DNA of 64,000 nt, from NCBI GenBank assembly GCA_964016885.1, contig OZ024755.1, positions 1,054,001 through 1,118,000 of the forward strand, read 5' to 3'. Of this stretch, positions 52,303 to 64,000 are shown in pieces (positions within the stretch are counted from its first letter, which is position 1; each line of letters begins with the position of its first letter). Source of the stretch: Eledone cirrhosa. Lineage: Eukaryota. A program made the translations under genes and the position numbers. The notes under the pieces are model-generated. The model saw only the letters and a list, made by a program, of their open reading frames with translations, searched no databases and was not told where the DNA came from.

Positions 52303-54017
52303 TATGGTACACCATCTGTTAACTGTTAACACACCATCTGCTGCTGTTAACACAAGATCTGTTGATATGGTACACCATCTGCTGCTGTTTACTGTTAATT
52401 CAAAGTTGTCATTCATTTCATTTCATTTGTGTTAATGTTCCTAAAAAAGGTGAGGAATATGAAACTACCTATTTCCTCCTGTCTTATATATCTGAGGCCT
52501 TGTGTAAGAAACAACAAACATTGAATCAGTTTTGTTTATTTTCAACATATTTGTAATCAGTTATGTTTCAACGTCAAATAAATTATATTTTCTATCATTT
52601 CTGTTTTTTATTGAAGTCTTCACCTTTTTTTGTTTCACCAAATAAAAAGTTATTTTATTTTACAAAGCTGTTTATACAAAAACAAAACACTATTAAAGGA
52701 ACAAAACAAAAGTAAATGAAAAAAAGAAAGAAGGGGAGAGGGGTAAGGACAGACACAACACCCTAGTCTGAGTGGTGCCTCAGCCATGTCCTGTGGACAA
52801 AATGGCAAAGGTGTTACTGCAGAGAATGGCCAGAGACACCCACTGCACAGCCACCACCTCCTTACCTCATGAGGCTCCCTCATCAAGCAGGCTACCATCT
52901 GTTTTCTTTATATTCTTTTACTGATTTCAGTCATTAGATTGTTTAGTCAGGGAGGGAAAAGCAACACTGCCTATGACAATTTTTCTCAGACTTGAAAATT
53001 GTGGGAGCGAGGAAAGTATTCTAAAACCGTGTAGATGTGTGTGTATTTAGTTCTCTGAGGCGTAACGAACGCACAAACACACAGACATACACATACAAAA
53101 TGTGATGTATACAATGTCTTTTAGTTGTCTATAGAAAGATTATTTTAGATAAAATGATATATTGTTTTAATCAAAATGAAAATAAAAATTATATTTTGAC
53201 ACTCCCGGGGTCTAATACATCGTAAAATTTGATTTGATTTGGTTGAGAATGCATAAGAAACAGACAATTTTATAGAGAGAAGAGATGCAGAGGTTATTTC
53301 CCTTGACTAGCTCATCATTGACAGCCGGAAATATTTTGAGAATCGTCAACCGGTGATAAGTGATCGTATTAGTAATTACTGTTATGGCTGTAAATTAATT
53401 TATTTCCTCAACAGGATTAAAATGTTTTAATTCCAGGTAGAAGAGATTGTTTTCGCAGTTTCTGTGAAGAAAATATTTCTCTTTCCGATATTTTTATAGA
53501 CGTATATAAACAAACCTAATCCATATTTGTTTGAAGTTAAGATCCATTAAACTGTGAAGGTGTTGCTGTATATTGAGATATTCAAACAGGATTTTATTGA
53601 CGGTATGTATTTAAAATAGTGATTGCTATTAATTGATATACGAGCATTTGATATCAACTAGAAATTGATTGACATATATATATAAGGAAGGAAATGTAAG
53701 GAACCAGGTGGACCATAACGCACAAGAGTACTCAATACTTTGGGTAGTAGAGTGGGTAATAGGAAAATGTTCAGGACCCCGACGGCTATTTCTGGACGCA
53801 ATTATATACGTCCATTAATAGCCGTCGAAACGGCTTGAGCTCTGCCGTGGGGTCCTGAACATTTTCCTATATATATAATATGTGTATAATCTTCAATACA
53901 TAAGCGACTAATATCGGAGACTTCACTTGTTTATATGAAATAGTAATCTTATTTTTTTATAAATGGTTCATTATAATAGCGTATATATATATATATATAT
54001 GCGTGTGTATAGTCTTC

Positions 54018-54060
<43 letters not shown>

Positions 54061-54599
54061 GCGTGTGTATAGTCTTCTTAAGTTCAACTTATGACATTGT
54101 AGTTTTTGTTTTTCATCTTTAAACTGGTAACATCTATGTCTGATGTTCACAGCACCTCAGCCTCTTCATCACCCGAGGTAACACTGCCAGTGTGCTGGCT
54201 TGCCTCATTAATCATTAGAGAGGTTGCCTAGTACCCCTCGCTGCTGTCTTTTGCTCTGGTGTTGGCTCGGGTGTTCACCTCTCCCTTTATATTTTCTTTA
54301 ATATTGCAACATTAAAAGAATATATCTTTCTGACAGAATCGCGAGCAATTTATAATGTTGTCTAAGCATTTGTAATGTTATTTATGTATATATTTAAAAC
54401 ATATTTGTTATGTTATTCTATTGTAAATTTATTTATATGCTCTGTTTATATTTTCATTCTGAAAGAATTGCAAACGATTTGTAATGTTATTTATACAACT
54501 TTGAATAAAATTTCAGTGTTCAAAATAACAAAGAAAGGAATTTATTGTTTAGTTTATTTTAGAAAACTAAAATCATTCAAGTGAATTCTTCCAACCATC

Positions 54600-57500
54600 A
54601 TGGGTAAAGAAAAACACGGCTTTCTTACCCCTAAGGCTATCGCTAACCGTATTAAGGCGAAAGGTCTCCAGAAATTGAAATGGTATTGTCAGATGTGTGA
54701 AAAACAATGTCGAGATGAGGTAAGTTATTATTTACGGGGCAGTGAGTTCAAATCCCGCCGAGGTTAACTTTGCTTTTCATCCGTACGGGGTGGATAAAAT
54801 AAAGTACCAGTAATGCACTGGGTTATTGCTGGCCTTGTGCCAAAAGTAGAAACAATTATTTACGGGACAGTATCGGTAGAGGGTCTGACGCCATGCTTTG
54901 CGTCATAGAGTTACGGCCCTTTACGTTCAGAGTTTAAATCCTGCCGAGGTTAACGTTGCGTTTCATCCTTACGGGGTCGATAGAATGAAGTACCAGTAAT
55001 ACACTGGGATGATTGCTGGCCTTGTGCCAAAAGTAGATACAATTATTTACGGGAATCGATAAAATAAAGTACCAGTAATGCACTGGTGTCAATTTAATCG
55101 ACTCTGTCCTTCCCATCCAAAATTGTTGGCCTTTTGTCTAAATCAGAAACTATTATTTATAATATTGGTGTGGGGGAATATTTCGATACAGGTTTCTGAA
55201 ATGAAAGGGAGTTGAACGGGTTTTGTCGTATCATACAGCATTTCTTAGGTATTTTTTTAAAACCTGGTACAGCCCATCCCCTATCCAGGTCTGAACATAG
55301 CAGATCTCTTCCAGATAACGAGTCAGAGTGATAGAGGAAGTGAGAAAGAGATATAGACGAAGAGTCAACCTCAGTATTAAACTGGTACTTTTTTTTTTAT
55401 CGATCTTGAAAGGTTGAAAGGCAAAGTTGACTTCATTTCATATCATTGTGAAATATGTTTGGAGTATGGATTGGTAGAAATGCCACATAGTATATGTTCT
55501 GTCTCTAGATTCTGGGGTCGCTTTCCAGGAATGAAATAAACCACTAGTCAAATATTAGGGGGTCAATTCTTATTGACTCACCCATTCCCACAAATTTCCT
55601 TGTTTTTTTTGTTTCGTTTAAATATTATAGTTACTGTCAATAAATGTATTTGATTTCTTCTAACTTTATATATTATAATATTTCAGAATGGTTTTAAATG
55701 TCATATGATGTCAGAGTCTCATCAGAGGCAACTGTTGTTGTTTGCTGAAAACCCAGATGATTATATAGATACATTTTCTAAGTAAGTCAACCTATGTTGT
55801 CATTTCTCTTGCAGGATCATTCTTCAGAGAGTCATACAAAGTATTAGCATCACCCACTTGCAACATTTCAGTAGAATACAAACATTCTTTTTAGTTCTGT
55901 GAGATTCAAGTTCATCCAGAAATTATTCATCATCACCATTGTTTGATGTGTCTACATAGACCAAGTCAGTACTGAAGCAGAGCAACTGTCCTCTCAGACA
56001 ATCTGAGGGTTCTGCATCTCCCTTACATTCTACCGAGTGCAGAGGAGAAGTTGTGTTTTTTGACATAAACGGAAGGGGGTCCTCCCAACCCTTTATTTGG
56101 CAAGCTTTCTCTGGCTGGATATCCTTCTTAACACCAACCACTTTACTGTTTAATGTCTATTTTAGTAGAATACAAACACTTTTTTTAACCCCATGAGATC
56201 CAAGTTCTATCAGCAAGTATTCATCATAATCATAACTGTTTAATATCTATTTTCTATGCTTGCATGGGATTAAGCTGGTTGTCATGTTATGAGGCTAGAC
56301 AAGTCTGGTGACCATGTCTTGCTTGTATATTCTGTTTTGAACTTTTAGTGAAACTTTTGAAAGATTTTTTGTGAGATGCCTTCTCCATGACACATTGAGC
56401 AAATATATTTTTCTTTAATTTTCTCTTGTTGTTCATTATATAGGTTTTTAGTAAAATATTTTTATATCATCTTGAAACTTTTCAAATATTTAGCGAAACT
56501 CATTCAACTGAAAATCTATTTTATTTATTTGTTTCATGTTTTATCTTATTCTTTGTTTTATTCTTTAGAGATTTCCTGGATGGTTTTTTGGAAGTTTTGT
56601 GTCGGCGTTTTGGAACAAAGCGAGTCCATGCTAACATAGTGTACCAAGAATATATCACAGATCGACATCATATTCACATGAACTCAACACAGTGGGAGAC
56701 TTTGACAGATTTTGTCAAGTGGACAGGAAAAGAAGGTAACTTGAACTCTTTCCCAGTTTCCCAGTTATAATGAAACACTGCAGCAGGTTCTGTCAGGCAA
56801 CCGTCTCCAACTGATCCAGTTGAATCTCCAGAGACCAACAAAGCTCATGGATGTTATCCAACCATCTTGCTTAGGGTCTACCTCTGGGTCTCCTACCGAT
56901 TGGTTTTGCCTGTAAAATCTGTCCAGTGATTCTTTCTTGGGACATTCTAACCATATGCCCATAGTATCAGTGCTATGATCTCTCAATTTGGAGAAATAAC
57001 AGCTCTATCTGAAGTGACTCTCCGATCTCTGAGCTACGCACTCTATCGAATAATGTTACTCTGAAAAGCCTTCTGAGGGACCCCATTTTGGCTGCTTGCA
57101 TTTGCCATCATGTTCTTTCAGTGATTACACAAGATTGATGACCATAGGTAAGGGTTGGCAGGAACACCAAATTGAAGATATGTGTATTGTTGTTTCTTCT
57201 TTGTTGATTTATTGATTTATATTTTCCCTGCAGGTTATTGTGTGGTAGATTATACTGAAAAGGGTTGGTTCTGTCAGTATATAGACCGAACTCCAGAGAC
57301 TATACGGAAACAAGAGGCAGTGAAGGCAAAGGAGAGGATGGATATGGATGATGAAGAAAGAAATGCTAAGTTTATTGAAAAACAGATCCAAAGAGCTTCA
57401 GCAACTGAGAAAGTCAAATCTGGACCTGAGTTTACAGAACTGAAGAGAGAATGTGAAGAAAAGGGTACGAATAGTTGTTTAATATCTCTTTAATATTTAA

Positions 57501-60500
57501 ACCCTTTTAGTACCAACCTACCCCAAAATCACCTTTGTTATTATGAAAACAAAAGCCACCCAATTTAAAGGGTTTAAATTTATCATGGCCTGTTCCCAAA
57601 GTTGTCACATTAGAATATATATTGTAAAGTGGTCATGTTAAACTTTAATCTGTTATTTTAATAAATATTTGCTCTAGGGTTCTTATATATTTGATATATA
57701 TTTATCCTTATCGAGCCCTCTTTGGATTTTAGACTTCACATTTATTATTATTACTATATATATAAATATATTTATTCAGATTTTCTTTCTTACATTTTAA
57801 AGTGACATTTAACCTGGGAAGCTGTGTTAAAAAGAAAGAAGACGAATTAAAAAAGTAAGAGGCTTAATTCAGTTTTATTTCATTTCTCTTCTTAATTTTC
57901 ATCTCTGGTTTGTAAGATGGGAAAGTAAAACCTTAAACATTTCAGTACCTTATTTTTATGGTTTTTAAATAATGTTTAAAATAATCAAGAATTTGAAGGA
58001 ATTTAGTAAGATCTCATTATTAAGTTGGTGGGATTAGTAGGTCAGTAAGGATGGTGGGTTGGCAGAATTATTATTTTATGGTACATTCTCTGGTTCTTTA
58101 TCTTCTGGTGTCATGATAAAATACACTCAGTACACTGGTAGTGTTGGTGACATGATAAAATACATCTAGTCCACTCTGTAAAGTGGTAGTGTTGGTGACA
58201 TGAAAAAAATACACCCAGTACACTCTGTAAGGTGGTAGTACTGGTGACATGATAAAATACACCCAGTACACTCTGTAAGGTGGTAGTGCTGGTGACATGA
58301 TAAAATACACCCAGTACACTCTGTAAAGTGGTTAGTATTAGGAAGGACATCCAGCTGGAGAAACCATGCCAAAATATGGAACTTATGTGGCTCCTCAACT
58401 TGTCTCAGCTGTGACAATCCAACCCCATGCTAACTCAGAAAGTGAACATATGATGATGATGTATGCTTGTTTCTTTAAATTCTTGTTTTCTTTTATTTCC
58501 AGAACAGAACTGAAAAATAATATCCTGAAGAAATTACCCCAACCAGAAGCTAAATCGTCGAAGGAATCAACGTCTGTGAGTGGTGCCACTAAAAGAAAGT
58601 CTTCTGCTCTCGATGATATCATGAAGGTAAGAAACAAATATGACTGCGAGGAAACAATACCTCAGGGGAGCCCTCTGCATGCTAGATACACAGTGGGGTG
58701 CTACATCATCATCATCATTGTTTTAACATCTGCTCTCCTTGATCGCAAGAGTTGAAGGGGTCAATATAGATCAGGTCAGTACTGAAGCAAGGCTACTGAT
58801 CTCCCAGACAGGCCAAGGGGTCATATCGAGTGCAGAGAAGTATCTTTTGACACAAACTGAAGGGTCCTCCCAACCTCTTGTTTGGCAAGCTTTTTACAGC
58901 CAGATGCCCTTCTTAACATCAATTTCTTTACAAGCACCCAGTACAAGTTAAAGAAATAATGTTTTGATAACGTGAAAATATCATTACTGATCAATATTAA
59001 TTTTATATTTCAGTTTGAGGAAATGAAACGAGAAAAGATGAATCGTAAAGATAATTGGCTTAACGAAGGGATTGTTGTGAAGGTGGTCACCAGGAAACTT
59101 GGGGATAAGTACTACAAAAGGAAGGCTGTCATTAGGGTAACTTTACGAGTCATTTTTTCTTTTGTTTATATTATTTTCAGTTCAAACAATTTAAATATCT
59201 GACTAAGAGCAAGATATGACCACCTGTATTGGTCAAGCATAGAGTACAATAAATTCACTATATATATATATATACTCTACTATGTATTGTGGTTATCCCC
59301 GATTGAACCCGGGATACACATATACACACACACATATACACACACACATATACACACACACATATATACATTTGTTTTGCAAGGTTTTTTCGTGTGTTGA
59401 AACAAATATTGTTATACTTGGGGAGAGTCAAACCATTTTCCTTATACTTGGTGAAGCATCAATATATTTGACTGAGATTCTCACTATAGTTCGACATTTT
59501 GTATTTATATTATATATGTTTATTCTATATATATTTATATTATATATATATTTATTCTATATGTATATTTTATATATATATTCGGAAAAAATGAAACAAA
59601 ATTTCATTTCTCACTCTTAGTACGGCTGTCCATACGTACATATATATATGTGTGTGCATGTATGTATATATATATATACATACTACTGTACGTCTGTATA
59701 CATATATGTATGTACGTATACATACTTATATATATATTCATTTTATATATATATTTATTCTATATGTATATTTTATGTGTTTATTTACAGCAAGTTGAAA
59801 ATTTATTTCTGGCAGTTGTAAAAATGTTGGATACAGGAGATAAAGTTAGGCTGGATCAGAGCCATCTTGAGACTGTCATTCCTGCTCTTGGTAGGTCTTT
59901 AATCTTTAATCCTTGGTAGATCTTTAATCTTTAATCCTTGGTAGATCTTTAATCTTTAATCCTTGGTAGATTTTTAATCTTTAATCTTTCTTAAACATCT
60001 CGTCTAGTTGAGTGGTCAGTAACTAAACTAACTCCTACACAATATATGATCAGTCCAACACTTAGGGTGTTGCTGTAAAGATTGTTGTTACTGAGATATT
60101 GTGGCTGTGAAATGAATTGAATCACAGCCATACCTGTTTCATACTGGGGAATATCTTTGTCTGTTACTTCTTGGTGTCACTCTCATACTCAACAGACTTC
60201 TTCTTGGTGTACCTAACGCACTAAGGTGGTCGGCATTAAGAACTAAATCCAGCCATAGAAACCATTCCATTCCAATGTGGAAAGTCTAAAGTCTGTCTCA
60301 AACCCGGAGACTCATCAGGCCGGTACTTATCCCGGTTTCCATGGTGTTAAGTAACTGACAGTACAAGACTCCCCTCCGGACAGGACACCAACCATCGCAG
60401 GGTTAAATCCCCCACCTATTACTGGTACTCATCTTTAGTTGAGTATATTGGAGCAACGTGAAATGAAGTGTTTTGCTCAAGAACACAACAACAACCCAGT

Positions 60501-61677
60501 CCAGGAATTAAACCCACAATGTTATGATTGCAAGTCCAACACCCTTACCACTAGGCTATACTCCTTCCTTCCAACATAGAAAGGTGACGTAGAATGGTGA
60601 TGACTTCAGCCATGTCTCTCAACATGAAATAGACTGATTAACCTTATGTAGTTTTACAACTTTATTATTGTTTCCTGTTTTATTGTCTCCAGGTAAAACT
60701 GTAAAAATAGTGAATGGTGCATATCGTGGGGCTGATGCTGTTTTACAATCAATCAATGAAAAGAAATTTTCTGCAACTGTTGCAATTAAACAGGTAAGAT
60801 GCTTGTGTTGTTGTTTAACCCTGAATTGGCCCTAATCAAGTATATTGAGGATCAGAGGCATTCCAACCACGACTCCCCTGCTCGAAACTGCCCCCCACTC
60901 CTGGTTTTATCATACAAAACTGCCTCCTTTAGAATATTTATGTTTATGACAGAAGTTTTAGAAAGCTGGTAGAAATAAAGGGCAAAGGATGACAAATAAA
61001 ACTAAGTAATGTTTTACCCAGTATATTTCAGGGTTTTTGCCCTCTTTTCAAATGTAAAACAAAAAACATGATACTCAGGGCTTATTACTCTTCTACCACA
61101 TTGTACCAGCCTTTTTGAAACTTATCAGTCATTTATTAAATATCTCACAATGTTTTGTAACAACTAAACTTCTTTATTCCTACTTACATTAAGAACTTCC
61201 ATCATAATTTTACGTAAGAACTTCTTGTTAATTAATGCTTCAAATTTCAGCTTAAGAAAAAAGTTAAGCTATACAACTAAATCCCTCCAAATTCTTTACT
61301 ATTTTCAAAATTAACTGAAACATAAGCTGTGTATTTCATTAGAAATATAGTAACTAAAGGATTAAGTCTTTAACATTTTGAATTTTGACTAGGTACAAGT
61401 TAAATTTGTAATGAAAAAGGATATATATAAACTAATAATTGTTTCTACTTTTAGCACAAGGCCAGCAATTACCCAGTACATTACTGGTACTTTATTTTAT
61501 CAACCTCTTCACCCCTGGAAAGTCTTTAACTAATATTATAAACCAATTTGTTTTCTGACTCTCCTGCCTTCACTCCTTAAAATCACATATTTGTTTCTGT
61601 TGTAGGGTCCATTAGCAGGCAGGGTGCTGGAAGGTATACAGTATGAAGATATAAGTAAATTGTATCAACCAACGTGA
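54600..61677 (+). CDS. KIN: DNA/RNA-binding protein KIN17, 10 coding exons
   Basis: Exons 54600-54719, 55687-55781, 56569-56735, 57234-57464, 57803-57854, 58503-58626, 59014-59136, 59791-59890, 60693-60793 and 61606-61677. Motifs TPKAIANRIKAKGLQKLKWYCQMCEKQCRDENGFKCH (zinc finger), HIHMNSTQWETLTDFVKW, LDQSHLETVIPALG, VNGAYRG and YEDISKL. Non-coding 5' exons probably lie near 53330-53600. Confidence 0.96.
60300..60560 (-). mobile_element. tRNA-head SINE with CORE-like domain; similar copies near 5900-6135, 26030-26180, 45345-45460 and 48850-48970
   Basis: Plus strand ...ggacaggacaccaaccatcgcagggttaa.cccc...ggagcaacgtgaaatgaagtgttttgctcaagaacacaac...ccaggaattaaacccac...ttaccactaggcta, which is the reverse complement of a tRNA-like head. 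Confidence 0.65.
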
Positions 61678-62440
61678 AACTAAAGAAGATATTTGATACA
61701 TCTGTAAATTTATCCACAAATCTCAGGCTGGTTGTTTTGTATCTAATGTTATAAAACACCATTTTCATTTGTATATACATATATATAACTTGATATTCTG
61801 CACCAACATCTCCATATTTGGCAATATTGATATTTTGTACCCACTCTAACATCTTCATATTTGGCAATATTGCTAGAATTCATCAACAACTTTAATTTAT
61901 TCAATCCTGGTGTCATTCAACGACTTATACAAACAGAAGCCATTCATTTGCTACTGATACAACAACCTTTTACATGGATCTTATAATCCTTAACCAAAAC
62001 TTGCTGCCAATTCTCTCCTCTCAGATTCTCTACAATAAAATGTATCTTAAAGGCTGAAGGATATTTCTCTGTAGAAGTATTGAATGTAATCTTAAAGTCT
62101 TTCTCAGACCCAGAGAAATTCTTGGACATTTTCTTCTATTACCATCGAAATATAAAACAAAACAAAACATTTTGATAAATTTAAAATATAAGACTTGGTC
62201 TATTTTAACCAAGAAGCACTCAATATATGTTTGAGGGATCTGTTCCCTGCATAAGATGACATGGTACAATAAAGAAGTTAATACATTATTGTATAAAGTA
62301 TATTTTTATCTGATTAGATTATTTACAATGTTTATTTATCGTCATTGGTTTCCTACTTTTATTCTTTACATTTGTAGGTTTAAATCCTACTGCGTTATTG
62401 GTAAAGTTGTTACAATTCCTTTTTACAGGATCTCTTTCTT

Positions 62441-63843
62441 TCAGCGACTCAAATGGGGTCGGTTCTTTCTGTTCTTTACTCTGAAGAAGAAAAATAAATA
62501 TAATTTTCAGCTTAGAAGAGTTAAACCCATGGATGTTAAACAGTGATAATGAAAGAGAGAAGACTGTTGGTATGGGTATGGGATTATTGCTGGGTGAGAG
62601 CAGAGACTCAGAGAGGAGGTGAGAAAGAGATGCTGTGCTGAAAGGTTACATAGATGACTGTTGTTGATGTTAGAGCATCAGTAAATGGTTGCCCTTCTTA
62701 TCACCAACACAAGGCAGACTGAAAGGTCCTCCCATCCCTTTAGCAAGCTTTCTTCAGCTAGATACCGTTCTTATCACCAACACGAGAGGTTGCTACACCA
62801 TGGCATTAAAGAAAGGGACCTCTCAACCCTATTTTTTTCTCCATGGAGGTGAGTGTTGAAGAAGAGAAAAGACCTGGGAAAAAACATGGCTAAAGATGGA
62901 GGAAATGAAAGCCAGGAATGCAGTTTAACACTTTAGCATTTACATTACTCTATATATACTATTGTATTTTCACAGTAAAGGCTTTACCTCATAACATTTA
63001 CATTACTCTATATATACTGTTGTATTTTCATGGTAAAGGTTTTACCTCACATAATATTTACATTAACTATATATATACTATTGTATTTACACAGTAAAGG
63101 CTTTACCTCACATAATATCTCACATAACATTTACATTACTCTATATATACTATTATATTTTCACAGTAAAGGCTTTACCTCACATAATATCTCACATAAC
63201 ATTTACATTACTCTATATATACTATTGTATCTTCACAGTAAAGGCTTTATCTCATATAACATTTACATTACTCTATATATACTATTATATTTTCACAGTA
63301 AAGGCTTTACCTCACATAATATCTCACATAACATTTACATTACTCTATATATACTATTGTATCTTCACAGTAAAGGCTATATCTCACATAACATTTACAT
63401 TACTCTATATATACTATTGTATCTTCACAGTAAAGGCTTTATCTCGCATAACATTTACATTACTCTATATATACTATTATATTTTCACAGTAATATCGAA
63501 TCTATGAGATTTTGATTTGATTTATTTTGAGAACAATACCTTAACATAAGTATAAGTGGCCAGTAACGGCTGGTTTGTACAGAAAGAGGTGAGAGAATTC
63601 TGGCTGGTTTAAATGCTAAAGGGTTAACATAGTTTTATATGACTTGAGGCAGTGTGGAAAAGTGTTAACTTACGCTAATATTTCTACATTATCAATGGCC
63701 CATTGGTCGTGTCCTTTTCCACCATGTTCTGGTTGCCACCAACGAAATTGAACACCTACTTTACTTGGGATGTCATAAGCAACCCTTTTAGGGTTTAAAT
63801 AGTCACTTGGTTCATGTCTTGCTAAAAGTCTCCATTCTACACC
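62441..63843 (-). CDS. RELN: Reelin-like protein, last two coding exons (end of the last reelin repeat plus a basic tail); the gene continues beyond the window
   Basis: Exon 63843-63674 encodes GVEWRLLARHEP...GVQFRWWQPEHGGKGHDQWAIDNVEIL, with the reelin-repeat RWWQ..H.G...DQWAID signature, and ends at donor GC|GTAAGT in phase 2. It joins exon 62480-62441 (acceptor ttcttcag) to give AVKNRKNRPHLSR*. Confidence 0.82.
62925..63627. mobile_element. piggyBac-type MITE with an internally expanded 59-70 bp minisatellite, in the last reelin intron
   Basis: ttaa cactttagcatt ... aatgctaaaggg ttaa ends. The internal unit catttacattactctatatatactattgtattttcacagtaaaggcttta(cctcacataata)tctcacataa is repeated about 8 times, but occurs once in the copy at 45080-45308. 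Confidence 0.75.
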
Positions 63844-64000
63844 CTGGAAAAGAAGAAATAAAGCTGCAAGATTTGTTTCAACACACACAAACATAGTATA
63901 TTTGACTTGTTACAACATAGGTGTGTATATATAAATATATATATATATTACCCAGTTACAAGTATGAATATAGCTGAAATATAACATCTACTTTATGATA

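Noticed and set aside
36958-61677. Adjacency of two DNA-damage genes (NBN and KIN) as a functional cluster
   Set aside because: Each appears to have its own promoter region and the other neighbours are functionally unrelated. Chance adjacency cannot be excluded without synteny data.
63030-63515. 161-aa hydrophobic repetitive ORF
   Set aside because: It is the translation of the minisatellite inside a TTAA-bounded MITE in a reelin intron.

Overview
AT-rich, intron-rich animal genomic DNA. The repeat landscape (Nin/Deu-domain SINEs, RTE-tailed SINEs, RTE LINE pieces, abundant TA/CAT microsatellites) suggests a mollusc, probably an octopod cephalopod; this is an inference. Eight protein-coding genes can be assembled by hand from GT-AG exons with consistent phases: the 3' half of an SLCO/OATP transporter (+), intronless DNAJC27/RBJ (-), SAYSD1 (+), COMMD1 (-), CFAP20DC/C3orf67 (+), NBN/NBS1 (+), KIN/KIN17 (+) and the last two exons of a reelin-like gene (-). 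There is also an intron-containing tRNA-Lys(UUU). The most unusual signals are: (i) tandem repeats whose unit spans an exon's 5' splice site, in three different genes (17x43 bp in CFAP20DC, a 33-bp in-frame duplication in NBN, 4x25 bp in KIN); (ii) the Lys-UUU tRNA intron; (iii) a recurrent GTTATYTCCCTT-like motif and two repeat families concentrated at gene 5' ends; and (iv) several long intragenic palindromes, some with degenerate hammerhead-like cores. Gene identities rest on recognising motifs from memory; no database search was run, and exon and repeat boundaries were counted manually.
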